Shown here: in pieces, positions 13,578 to 25,117 of the stretch
Layout of the letters: each line of letters starts with the position of its first letter
How positions within the stretch are numbered: position 1 is the stretch's first letter
Assembly: GCF_964204645.1 (NCBI RefSeq)
Contig: NC_134036.1
Coordinates: 2,542,001-2,606,000 of the forward strand
DNA length: 64,000 bases
Source of the DNA: Tubulanus polymorphus
Taxonomy: Eukaryota; Animalia; Nemertea
Direction of reading: 5' to 3'
The notes under the pieces: model-generated
The model's database searches: none
Seen by the model: only the letters and a program-made list of their open reading frames with translations
Told to the model about the DNA's origin: nothing
Translations under genes and position numbers: made by a program

Positions 13578-16439
13578 AAGGCCGTATTTAGCAGGGGACA
13601 AGGAGGCATTTCCCCATTTTTGGAAAAGTGTCCTTTGCCCCAAATGATTGTTATAGCCTGTAGTATTGCCCTTTTCGGGTTCTCTGCCCCCTAATATTAA
13701 AATGCTAGGTATACGGCCCTCCACAAATTAGTGGTTCAGTTCCCTTTCCTAATTCCACAGTGTTGTGGATCAGTTGGACGTGTTGCAGATAAGTTCCACT
13801 GTGGATAAGTTCCACGATGTTCTTGATCAGTTCTGCGATGTTATCGGTCCACGGCTCAAAAGCAGATAAAATTTCCATTCAAGATCGTTGCTTATCTAAG
13901 ATATCTCGTCTGTTTTTGACGGAAGCGTCTGATTTATTTCGACGGTTGATTTCAATGTTTTGTTTTCATTAGTTTCTGATGCGTTGCTGATGATTCAAAT
14001 TCAAAATTTGAAATTCAAATATATTCGTCTCCAGGGATGGCGCGACAAACTGTCTGGCATTGTTGTCGTTCGATGGTGACAAATTTTTAACGACATTTTA
14101 AGAATTCAAGTCTAAATGATGAGTAGCTGTCTGTGATTAAAGAATCACTGGACCGGCTTAGATATTGCCAAAAGGACTCGTGTCGTAGTTCAGCCCGATT
14201 GAGCTCTCATGATATCAGCTCATTGCGGTGGCGGTAAGTAGACATTGCAAGGGCCAAATCCTGACCAAATCTCGACTCACATTGTCACCATAGACCAGCT
14301 CTTGCTGACTGAAACAATCAAACCGAGTGCGGTTAGTAGCTAATTATCACGGGCTGCAGTTGCTGAAAACTTGGTTAGAGTTAACCAGTGGATATTTGAC
14401 ATTGTGACAATTAAAAGTTAATTGTTAACTTATAGCATTTATCCGCCAGTTATCTTTAACCAACTTTTGAACAACTGCAGTTCCTGAATTTCTTCCAAAA
14501 AAAAGATAATTCGGCGAATGCGCAAATGAATGGACGAGCAGCTGACAGATGAACGACAAAAAGTGAATTTACAATTTTTTCGACTTTATCCATTTCGGAC
14601 TTTTCATATATTGTGGAGATTTTCTGTATACTATCACCACAACGCGGATAGTGTTTTAGTCAATCGCTACGACCCATCGGATTTAGTGCAGTCTTGTAAA
14701 AGTCTTGTTTAGAAGAAAGCCATTTCAGACTGGGCACTGGGTCCGCGGATCTGATGTCTGCATTTCGGGGTAATTGGAAATCTGTCAACCACACCTAAAC
14801 ACCGTGACGTGCAGGAACTTCTCGGTGTAGCAGACACGCGGAAACATTGTCATAGACAGACCAGCTCTTGCTGACTGATACAGACGCCGAGCAGAGCGCG
14901 ACGGTTAATTGCCAATTAATAGCTGATTATTAATTACCCAACTAAATAGAGAGGTCCCCTCGAGCGCCGGAATCAATCATTTACATACAATTCACGTTAT
15001 TTAGGTAGGCGACTACCAATCACAGTCGGGTTTGGCCGGAAATAACCAATCGAATAGGTTTTTGGGAACAAATATTTAGTAAATCAACAAACCTAAGAGA
15101 AGAGGGAATGTCATTCTTATTTCGACTTGAAAAAAGTGACAATTTCGTCATGATTGTCTATAAGTTAGACGCCAAATTAATAATTCACGACAAAAAATCT
15201 TCAGCTGTGTGGTTCTTTTTTATTTCGTTTAACTGATATACCTCTGTTCTATCAAGTAGCAAGTTTTATCAAAGAGTGATCGAGAATTTGTGCATTTTTC
15301 TAATTCTCGAAATTCTCAAGTTTAAATCTAGAGTTAAAATAACAATTCACGATTTGAAATGTTTCTCGACAAAAATCTTCTGCTTGTTATATTTTCGTTT
15401 AAGTGAAATACTTCATCGTGTTCTATCATGGGCTCTATTAAATGGTTCTATCCAATAGCAAGTTTTACACAAGAGCAATTTGTGCATTTCATAAGTCTTC
15501 TTATAATTCTAAAGTTTGAATTTAGTGTTGAAATCAGTTGAAATCAGTTTCAGTTCTTAGTCAGATTTTTGAGTCAGTTAATCATCGATGGCATTCTAGT
15601 CCTTGTTTTTGTTTTTGTTTTTTTCATAAAAAGTGGCATTTAGTATATGCACCTCGCGAAAAAGACTATTTTGAAAATAAGACTTCGTTTTACAGGTACA
15701 CACCGAGGAATGTAGATGGCCTGTAAGATCGAGTAGGTTTTTAGAAATTTCTTCAGAGATTTTTCTCGGTGAAGAAAGAAATCGATTTATAGAAATAAAT
15801 ATTTCACGATGTACAAAACGCGATTGTACAGAACGTTTGAAAAATCGATTTTTTCATTTTTCTACAAGTCAAATTTTGATTGATAACGACATTTTAAAAG
15901 GTTCACGTCACACATCATCGAGCTAAAACAGTCGACCCTAATGCAAATATCATCCGTCAAAATATACCGCCGTGTCAATTGACAGTTTTCAATTTTTTTT
16001 AATTCCAATTTTGAAAAGATGAAAACCGCCCTCGCGCGCGTGCGCACTCGTGCATATTTCATGAATTGATAATGATATCAAAACTCGATGAGCAAATATC
16101 AAATATCATCAATTTTACGGTGACCTTTTCGAGATAAAGCGTGTTGTGAGTTAACGTTAGGCGCTGTGTTAGCTTATTGTACCCCGTAGCCTATTAGAAC
16201 ACGCTATCAACTAGGAGTGGACGCAGAATGTTTGGAAGTTTTCAAGGAAAATCTTGAAGATGCTTTGATCAAGTGTCTTGATAACTGTGTTAGCTTATTG
16301 TAACCCGTATTAGAACACGCTATCAACCGGGAGCTGATGCAGTGGAAAACCCTGTTTGCCTATATCCGTGGTAATAGTGGCTTTTCCGTGGTTAGGCTAA
16401 CTGGTTTTTCCTCGCGTCTGCAAATTGCTGGAAGTTTTC

Positions 16440-16870
16440 AAGGGAAATCTTGAAGATGCTTTGATAACTGAACACATGTGTAGTGTGGACGATCAGTTTT
16501 TGAAAGTTTGCTGATGAAATGTCGAATGTCTGGTGTTTGTAGTTCATTTTCAATTAGAAATGTCTCAGGTGAAGCACTGAACACATGTGAAGTGTGGACG
16601 ATCAGATTTTGAAAATGTGCCGATAAAATGTCTAATGTCTGGTGTTTGTAGTTCATTATCAATTAGAAATGTCTCAGGTGAAGCACTGAACACATGTGAA
16701 GTGTGGACGATCAGATTTTGAAAATGTGCCGATAAAATGTCTAATGTCTGGTGTTTGTAGTTCATTATCAATTAGAAATGTCTCAGGTGAAGCACTGAAC
16801 ACATGTGAAGTGTGGACGATCAGATTTTGAAAATGTGCCGATAAAATGTCTAATATCTGGTGTTTGCAAA
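16440..16870. repeat. 109-bp tandem repeat, ~4 copies
   Basis: CTGAACACATGTG(A)AGTGTGGACGATCAG recurs with a 109-bp period and explains the three near-identical spurious ORFs. Confidence 0.92.
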
Positions 16871-17351
16871 TTCGAATTTTCAAAACTTTACAATTTTCAT
16901 TAAAAAAAAGAAACTTTCAGCGATAGCGTTTTTTGCAATTGCCTTTTCTCAAGTTTTTTTTTACAAGCGATTCTACCAAAAGCGGCTGATTATATTAGAA
17001 ACAAATTTTTCGAAGAAAAAAAAACTTTAATTCAAAGAAATTCCTGTGGTTTTCTATCAAAAAAAATTAGTTCTTACCTTCACAAAGCAGCAGTACCGAA
17101 AATAGGAGCATTAGTCCAAATATCACTATGGAAACCCGTATTCTTTGCGTGGCCATTGTTGCGTTTAATCGCGTTTTAAGAGATGAAATTCTCTCTTTTA
17201 CCGTAACGTATCGTCTGCGTATGAATGAATGTTGAGCTGACCGTCGGCAGACGCTTTCTTAAACTACTCCTAAAACGCGCGCCGCTACAGCCTTGTGTCG
17301 ACACCTAGCGGCGCGTGTGGGAACCCGCTCGACGACGTTTAAAGTAACGGA

Positions 17352-17813
17352 ATACAGTCCGATCTAGGGAATAAAAGCCACTTGTCCGGGGCAAACATAT
17401 CTGATATTTCGAATCCCCAATACTCTATGGTTTAAAATAAAAATATATGGGATTTTGATCATAATATGTGGGATTATGAAGAATGGGATATTGACTATGG
17501 GATTTTGACTTGTGGGATTTTGATCTATGGGATTTTGACTTGTGGGATTTTGATCTATGGGATTTTGACTTGTGGGATTTTGATCTATGGGATTTTGAAC
17601 GTACATGGATATATCGCTTGCCCCCTCCAAAAGCTACTTGCCCTACACAGGCAGTCCGATTGGTGGCACTATCATCCGTTGTATCGAGTGGGGAAAAGTT
17701 TTTGTGACATGAAATTGCAGTAGCCCGGTGGACAAGTGATAATGATAACCTACTTGTCCTGATGAGAATATACTTGTCCCGGGAAATCGGACAAGTGCTT
17801 AGATCGGACCCTG
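17352..17813. mobile_element. Probable hAT-type MITE with an internal 15/30-bp TGGGATTTTGA array (about 17446-17598)
   Basis: Inverted termini GTCCGATCTA/TAGATCGGAC plus subterminal ACTTGTCC/GGACAAGT motifs. No clear TSD. Confidence 0.5.
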
Positions 17814-20298
17814 GAGAGTGGCAAGGAAACATTGGTAGAGGTTACCTGGTAGAGGTACCCTACCATTAGAGACACACCGACCAGTGGTCTCCTACCCACG
17901 CAGGAGACACCGTCTGGAGTGGACCTAAGTTTGTTTACACGATCATGTACAACTTAGTATTTTTTTCCTATCTTTTAATTTTCCCCTTTTCTTGATTGAT
18001 CGGTTTTGTGTCCCTAACAAGCCACCCGCCAGTGACACCTGCCGGAAAGTTTACGAATGAGAGGCTGATTCGAGGACGGTGTTACGAATTTCACAACTTG
18101 GTTTATTACATTTATCACAGCCATATCTGAATGTTTTACATATTTTTCGCAACTTTTTCTACAACTATTTCTGCATTTCCTCATAAATTATTGTCGCACC
18201 TATCAGAATTCGACTGAACCGAACTTCTTCTGAACCTCACTGGATGTAACCTTACTCTCAAATATCAATTTCTCAGAATTTCTCAGAATATCTTCCTTTG
18301 ACAGATATATACATTTGATTAACAGAAACCGATCGAATTTCTGTCGTAGGCAGAAAGAAATGCGACATTTCTGCAAATGAAATCTTTCGAAACCGAAGCA
18401 TGGAATTTGATATTTCGTTTTCACTATCTCACGCCTAATCCGGGTAATATGAGATTTTCCAGATTATTATTAGCAAACGTACATAATTCGATTTCGTTTT
18501 ACGTTACACAAAGTTATGTTAAACCGACGCCCGTTCCCAAAAAAGGCGACTACCTTCATAAATCCCCCAATAACATAGGAAAATCGTGGAGGGACCTCAG
18601 AGATGCTTCTGGAAAATGGCTGCCTCCATGAATCTCCTTATAACATAGGAAAAATGGAGGAAAAATTCCACATGGTTACAATGCAGTTTTAATTGGCACT
18701 ATACGTCAGACCCAATGGTTGAATCTAAACAACTCTTCAGCAACTAGCGCCTGACCATTAACTAACACAAAGTTTACACATAGGCGGAATTATATACTTT
18801 GTTTCTCCTAATCGACTGGGTCATTTTTATAAACCGCTTCATTTCTAATAACTGCCGGGTCTGATATTGTTAGCTTGATCATGATTTTGGAAAAAAAGTA
18901 AAGTACAGGGTAGATAAGGTGGCCGGTCGGGTCAACTTTAAAGCACAGCAGAAATGAGAAACAAGGTACATGTATCGCTTATTCTAGCTTCAGGACTTGA
19001 AAAATGGCTTAGATGCTGGTCTTTGTGGGCGTGTGACAAGAGGTATAAATATATAATATATATGTAAATATATTATACACTTTGTCTTTCAAGCCTTCAA
19101 AGGATCGAACAAAATCAAACGGCAACTCTATTTCAAAAATTCATATTTATTCATATCAGACAAAGATACCATCGTTAGCGCTAGGCCTATTCGTTTATAT
19201 CAGAAGTTTTGTCTTTCTGTTGACATTTATTGCTCTTTTAATAATTGATCATTGCTTCGATGAGTCGAGGTGGTCGTTACTTATTCGATTCAGATTGCCC
19301 AGATTGTATTGACAGTTTATAAAATGATGCTAAAACTGTCATACCACCGAACCACAGATTGGCCTCTCTCGTTTTCTCTTACCGTCTCCTTCTCTTTCTC
19401 CTCATTCCTCTCCTTTCTTTAATTAACCGATTTTCTTTCTCCTCATTCCTCTCCTTTCTTTCATCTATCGATTCTACAATTATGCCTAAAGTTTGCCTAC
19501 AATTATGCCTAAAGTTTGCCTACAATTTTGCCTAAAGTTTGCCTAGAGTTTGCCTCGCTTATATGAAAACGAGATGAGCGGCGGTCGCTAGATCTATGCT
19601 TCGAAAGACGCCGTATTTTCATTCAGAAGATGCCGAAAAATATTCACACATTTCTGAGAAAAAGAAATAAGACAATGAAAATTTAAGTCGGATGTAGGCA
19701 GGGTGTAAAATGCATTATTCAATCAAACTACCGTTATTATATTATCCAATATTTTTATTGGTGACATCAGTAAATTGACCGGTATTAGATGTGTTTAAAA
19801 GTAGTATCCCAGGAAGCTGAGCAAAATGCCGTTGATGATTGGATAGAGCCTAACTGTTTGAGCTAAAGGGATAAAGATATTATAGTTTGTGTTGGCTTCA
19901 TTTAACAAACACTGACGTTTTCGGACGAATATTCTTCCTCGGGTTTGATACTTTCTCTGCACACACTGTTTTCCTGCTTCGACATTTTCATTCTCTGATT
20001 TTACCGGAAAAGCCTTTGTTCGCATCCGACACTTCGCCGAATTATATTTTTGTTGTAAGGCATCACTTTCGGTAGGTTTGGATACTTTATTCTGATATCG
20101 TATTTCGAAGATTTGTGATTTGTGACTTTTCCGAATTTGTAAGGACATCACGGTCAGCAATCAGTTTTTGCAGGTTTTTGGCATTTTTCGACAACTGACT
20201 CTAACGACTTTGTCCAAAACAACGACACGACACATCCCTTTTTCAAACATCGACATTTTGAATATCTGAAATATTCAAATTTTCCTCCCAGAGTAACA

Positions 20299-21405
20299 AT
20301 GAACGCCAGCACGACTGTAACCAGGACAACGTCGACGACGGCGAACCCGTGCGCCCACTGGCGGAGTAAACCGCTAAACATGAAATACATCTTCGGCACT
20401 CATTTGTACGTTTGGTTTTTCGGTACAGCGTCGTTTCTAGGCATAGTTTTGAATATATTCACTTTACTGATTCTCAGACTGATGAGCAACGAATCGTACT
20501 ATCTACTGAAAGTCTTAGCCGTCTACGACATTCTATATTCGACATCGATATTCGTCATGTACCCGTTAAGAATTGTGCACATCTACAATGTGATGGGCGA
20601 CGTCGTTTTAAGGGTGGACGATTGGAAATTCGGCTGGGGGTTCATCACCGCGGCCCACGGAGCTTACTACGCCTTGCAACTGATGCGTAACTGGTGCGTG
20701 GCATTACTCAGCGTTGAACGTCTCGTTAAAATCTCGTTTCCGTTGAAATCTCGCGTGTTTTGGACGCGGCGATTGTTGCACGTCGTCATAGCGATCATCA
20801 GCGCTCTAGGCGTTGCTATGTACTTGCCGGTATTGTTACCGAAGTACGCGCTTAAAACGGTCCGCTGCCGCCAATGGGGTCCATACGTATTGATGCGCCA
20901 GTCTCATCTGCCCTACTACAGGAAGATCCCTTATATAGGTGAGTGGAGCGGAGAAATGAGGTCATGGATTGGTTTCGTGATCACCGCCCTCGTTCCCATG
21001 ATCGCGCTGATCGCCACGAACTCGATCCTTACCGTTTTATTGATCGCCCAGAATGCAACGCGAACAAAAATGATGACGTCATCGGTGACGTCATCATCAT
21101 CGCGATCTATGGCGATTGCGAAAGAGCGACGAGCGTTGCGAATGGTATTCGCTATCGTGGCTGTTTACGTCGTGTTCGAATCGGTGTCGGTGTTAGATCG
21201 TATGTTCTTCAGGAAGGTCATTCACGTGCCAGGGTACGGACACGCGGTTTCGTTGATGTACGTCCGTAAGGTCGGTATCGGTCTCACGGCCGTTGATTCG
21301 TGCGCCAACTTTCTCGTCTATTGCGCGACTAATGATGCGTTCAGACGAACGGCTAAAGTTCTCCTGGTGAAATTATTGGTTTTTAGAAGATCGTCGCATC
21401 CTTAA
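20299..21405 (+). CDS. Rhodopsin-class (class A) GPCR, FMRFamide/peptide-receptor-like orphan, single coding exon, 368 aa
   Basis: Seven hydrophobic segments. N-terminal NAS sequon, TM1 GIVLN, TM2 LAVYD, TM3 SVERL..ISFPL, basic end of ICL3 (KERRALRM), TM7 DSCANFLVY and helix 8 FRR. An acceptor-like CCCAG ends 7 nt before the ATG. Confidence 0.9.
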   Translation: MNASTTVTRTTSTTANPCAHWRSKPLNMKYIFGTHLYVWFFGTASFLGIVLNIFTLLILRLMSNESYYLLKVLAVYDILYSTSIFVMYPLRIVHIYNVMGDVVLRVDDWKFGWGFITAAHGAYYALQLMRNWCVALLSVERLVKISFPLKSRVFWTRRLLHVVIAIISALGVAMYLPVLLPKYALKTVRCRQWGPYVLMRQSHLPYYRKIPYIGEWSGEMRSWIGFVITALVPMIALIATNSILTVLLIAQNATRTKMMTSSVTSSSSRSMAIAKERRALRMVFAIVAVYVVFESVSVLDRMFFRKVIHVPGYGHAVSLMYVRKVGIGLTAVDSCANFLVYCATNDAFRRTAKVLLVKLLVFRRSSHP

Positions 21406-21882
21406 CTAAACCCTGGAGGGGCAACAGACCTCGACCAGTAGCTAGGACAGCACAGAGACCAAAATGGGAATCTCCCCTCGCAGTAGCCGACACATCACTC
21501 AGAATAAGATAGCACGATAAAGAAAACAGTTCCCAAATGTAGAATTTATTCCTTCATTTCATATTCGTGCATTTTCGGCACAATTCAGTCCTGTATAATA
21601 CACAGTTGTTCAAAAGATAACCGGTGGATAGATACCATAAAGGAACAATGAACTTTTAATTGTCACTATGCCGACCACCCACTAACTTTTATGCAAATTC
21701 CCCTGGACCTGGTTTCATAGACTGAGTATCAAAGCTATCCCTGGGTTAAATCCTCAATCTGGGTGACAACCACCATAGTTACAATGAGAAACCATGGTTA
21801 TAACTGACAAATTTCAAAATGCTCCCAGGGACTATTTTTCTTCCACATCTATGAAACCTAGCCCTGAATATTGTGGAATTGG

Positions 21883-23064
21883 TCAGTATCTATTCTCATC
21901 GCTTTGACCGGTGCGGTATCTGTTACTGTAATCACCGGCGCCACCTACCGTCAGGCCGGTGTCCCCACTCACCGCACCGGCGCCACCTACCGCCATTTCT
22001 TCCTCCGATGTATTATACGACGTCTGTTTACCGACCACCATCCGACGATTGGAACTCGCGCGTGCGCGGCACCACACACAGCCGCTGCAACAGACCTCGC
22101 GGAATTCCCGTGACGTCACCAGATAGAAGACGATATTCACCGAGTAGTTTACATCCCACAACAATAGAAACATTTCCCAAGCGGTTGCTACGTACGGGAT
22201 ATCCGGTTTAACGGTGTATATTGTTGCCAAGATGGCGCCAGGAGTCGAACAGAAGATATACGTGATCGATACGGTTAACATTAGATTCGTCACACGGCGC
22301 ACGGCCAATTTCCGGTTCCGGTCTAGATCGCCGGTACCACCGCCGCTAGCAGCGCCACCGTTGGCGAAAAGTTTTTTCTCTCTGAGCGACCAGGCGACCG
22401 CCGCATTAGTGAATATAACTACCGATAGAGGGCCATGACTGATAACGACTGTGGTGAAGATCACGTGGGCTCGATCGGTGCGGGTTGACCATAAACACGC
22501 TCCGGTTGGTTGAACGTAGATATTAGCGACACCTGGTACCAGCAAATACGACGACACCACGACCGTTACTACGGCCGTTGCTATGGTTATCCGTACGGCC
22601 AGACGTCGCGTACCAAGCCGTCGGTATAGCAACGGAAAGCGAAGGGCGAAAAATCGATCGGTCGATATGACGACGACGATCCACGTGCTTAGAAACGTAG
22701 TGGTGTAGTAGAGGTAACTGGTCAACGCGCACGTCCACGGTCCGGTGGCTGTGGGTATGGGTATTTCGCGGCTACCGGTGATCCGGACTGTGACAAGGTT
22801 GATGTAGAATATTAAACGCGCGACGACGTTCAGGAAGTCGGAAACGGCCAGCGCCGCTAGGTAAACACAATACGGGTGACGTCGCATCTTAGAGAACGTC
22901 ATCACCGCGAAAGTGATGACGTTCCCCACGAGTCCTAGCGGTATGATGGCGGACAGACAGACGACGAAGGTAGTCGCTTGCCAGGGTACGCTATTCAGAG
23001 ACACGGGCAGGTAATTCCAATAGGCGTAAGCCCATGGTACCCGAGTCAGGGTCGTTCCGTTCAT
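21883..23064 (-). CDS. Rhodopsin-class (class A) GPCR, peptide-receptor-like orphan, single coding exon, 393 aa
   Basis: NGT sequon, TM1 GLVGN, TM2 YLAALAVSD, Cys at the top of TM3 (WTCAL), STDRFFALRFPL, ECL2 Cys (GACLW), TM6 FCSTP, TM7 NYSVNIVFY, helix 8 SREFRE followed by a Cys cluster. Confidence 0.92.
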   Translation of the reverse strand: MNGTTLTRVPWAYAYWNYLPVSLNSVPWQATTFVVCLSAIIPLGLVGNVITFAVMTFSKMRRHPYCVYLAALAVSDFLNVVARLIFYINLVTVRITGSREIPIPTATGPWTCALTSYLYYTTTFLSTWIVVVISTDRFFALRFPLLYRRLGTRRLAVRITIATAVVTVVVSSYLLVPGVANIYVQPTGACLWSTRTDRAHVIFTTVVISHGPLSVVIFTNAAVAWSLREKKLFANGGAASGGGTGDLDRNRKLAVRRVTNLMLTVSITYIFCSTPGAILATIYTVKPDIPYVATAWEMFLLLWDVNYSVNIVFYLVTSREFREVCCSGCVWCRARASSNRRMVVGKQTSYNTSEEEMAVGGAGAVSGDTGLTVGGAGDYSNRYRTGQSDENRY

Positions 23065-24909
23065 TTCGCGCGCGCGTTGTGTTTTGTCCGTTATGCTTTG
23101 TCCTTTTGAAAGCTTCGGTTGGAACTGTAAATTGGTCTCGTAGTGCCGTCAAACTGCCCGATTGAATAGAATTGATAATTGACAAGTTTGGTTAATAATG
23201 CTAGTGATAACTATCTAACTAAGAGCAAGATGCTAGACATACCTTTCGAATTAGCAAACTGTTTATACCTTATTTTGCAACCATCGGTAATCGGTGATAA
23301 TACATTCTGCTTCTTGTGGCGAATCAACTACAGTTTACCATTCTCGATTATTTCTTTTGCATCCAGTGGAATTTCTCCGCGCGTCCAGCGTGACACTAGA
23401 CACCTGCCGTCTGTCCAGCGTGGCGATCGTATCGCACTGGCCACAACGGCCACAATCGCAATAACCCACCCTCCTTCCAGCGTGGCGATCGCATCTCATT
23501 GGACACCGCAATCGCAATTACCAGCCGTCCGCTGAGTTGCAATCATTGCAACTTATTAAAACTTCACAAGTTCATTAACCGCGCTCGATTAGTGGCTTGC
23601 GGCGAAATCGATTGGTGGGCGGTCGATCTCCTGACTTGCCAATAAGATGGCTCATTTCAACACTTATTCAACCGAATTCCCAGAGAAGTGTATTTATTTG
23701 TCATTTGGTAGAATTGTGTTTTGAGCCATCTTATCTGGAACTACTATGTAATTGTTGCGTCATGTTGGTCCACTAATTGAAACTCACAACTCAAAGCGGA
23801 CAATCTTGGGTCCAGTTGCTCAAAGGTTGGATAGATATCATAGTATCGATCTACTGCTTTACTCTAACATTTTTTGAACTACTTACCCCTTAACATTCGA
23901 AAAATGACAAATGATCGATAAAATTTCAAAATCATCTTTTCATCTTTAAAAGGATAGGTACAATTTCAAATCAGTCGATAAAATGTATGCGCTGGCATGG
24001 ATACGGCACGCAACAATAAACATCCGTTGACTATTGAAGATTGAAGGATAGAGAGGTTATTTGCAGTTTAGCACATATTGCGGCCTCCGGACTTCGATTG
24101 TCTGCTCTCAGTGGGGACCTCGGGTCAAGTGACCATCCGGAACTGACATGTTTGCGCCTGGCGTTCACATATTAACGTTTAATTGCTTATAAATATTGGC
24201 TATATGGTCACACTTACAAACGATGATGCAATTAATGATGTTTGATTTTGCCTGCAGGGGTCGCTGTTATTACTATTACGTATATATTTAAGAAATTAGT
24301 TCGTAAATCGCGGACGAAATCAAACCTCGAGGCAATTTGCAATATTCTGACCCAGCGGGGTCGAAACACTTGGTAAATTTTATTATCACTGTAGAAATAT
24401 AAATCAGGGACTTCTTTAGTTAGTCAACCATAACAAACACATTTTCATCGATGTATTGCATGGAAGGATGAAAAAAAATTCCCCAAAACCTAATCAAAGG
24501 ACAAAAAATCGATCATAGACATTTTAGTCAACCATAACAAACACATTTTCATTTTCCACGTTTTTAATCTTTTGAAGAAAATCTCGCGAATAATTCTCCC
24601 GCACTAAACACATCGGCATCATCATAAATAGATCTAGCCCGACCTTTCGACATCGACCGGCCCGCTTCTTAGTCGCGTTTCGGACGGTGTCGGGTGGTAC
24701 TTAGCAATTCAATTCAAACTGTATTGAGTAAATTCAAATTTACGTAATAAAATCTATAAATATGTAGTCAAGTAACAATAAAAGAACTGAAGGCTATATT
24801 TGAGGGGTTATATATTTAAGATCGTCAATTCAATGCGGAAACTAGTTTTAAAAACGAAAATAATATAAAATCGCTTTGAATCTTGCACCGGTAAGCGAGG
24901 TCGCTCGCG

Positions 24910-24939
24910 TGACGTCATTCACTTCCTGGTTCATGGCGG
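24910..24939 (+). promoter_or_regulatory. Probable ADAM10 proximal promoter: CRE, ETS and YY1-like motifs
   Basis: TGACGTCA (24910-24917), ACTTCCTGG (24921-24929) and CATGGCGG (24932-24939) lie within 30 bp, in a CpG-rich patch 120-150 bp upstream of the ATG. Confidence 0.5.
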
Positions 24940-25056
24940 ATTTGTTTTCGATTTTTGCGAAAATTCGTCGGAATTTCGCCGAGATTTCTTCGCAGAGACG
25001 CGACGGACGCTCGTAATTAGGATAATTAGTTAGTGGTGTTAATTGTAGATTCCGTC

Positions 25057-25117
25057 ATGTTGGTGTTTGATGTGTGCGCCGTTTTACTACTTGGATTACT
25101 GGGTTTAACTCGCACTG
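25057..25117 (+). CDS. ADAM10: ADAM10 exon 1 (signal peptide [20 protein letters not shown])
   Basis: ATG, hydrophobic stretch, phase-1 donor G|GTAAG. Confidence 0.85.

Noticed and set aside
16438-17832. Repeated ORFs (..ILSAHFQNL.., SHRSKSHKSK, WDFDL repeats)
   Set aside because: They are products of the 109-bp and 15/30-bp tandem repeats.
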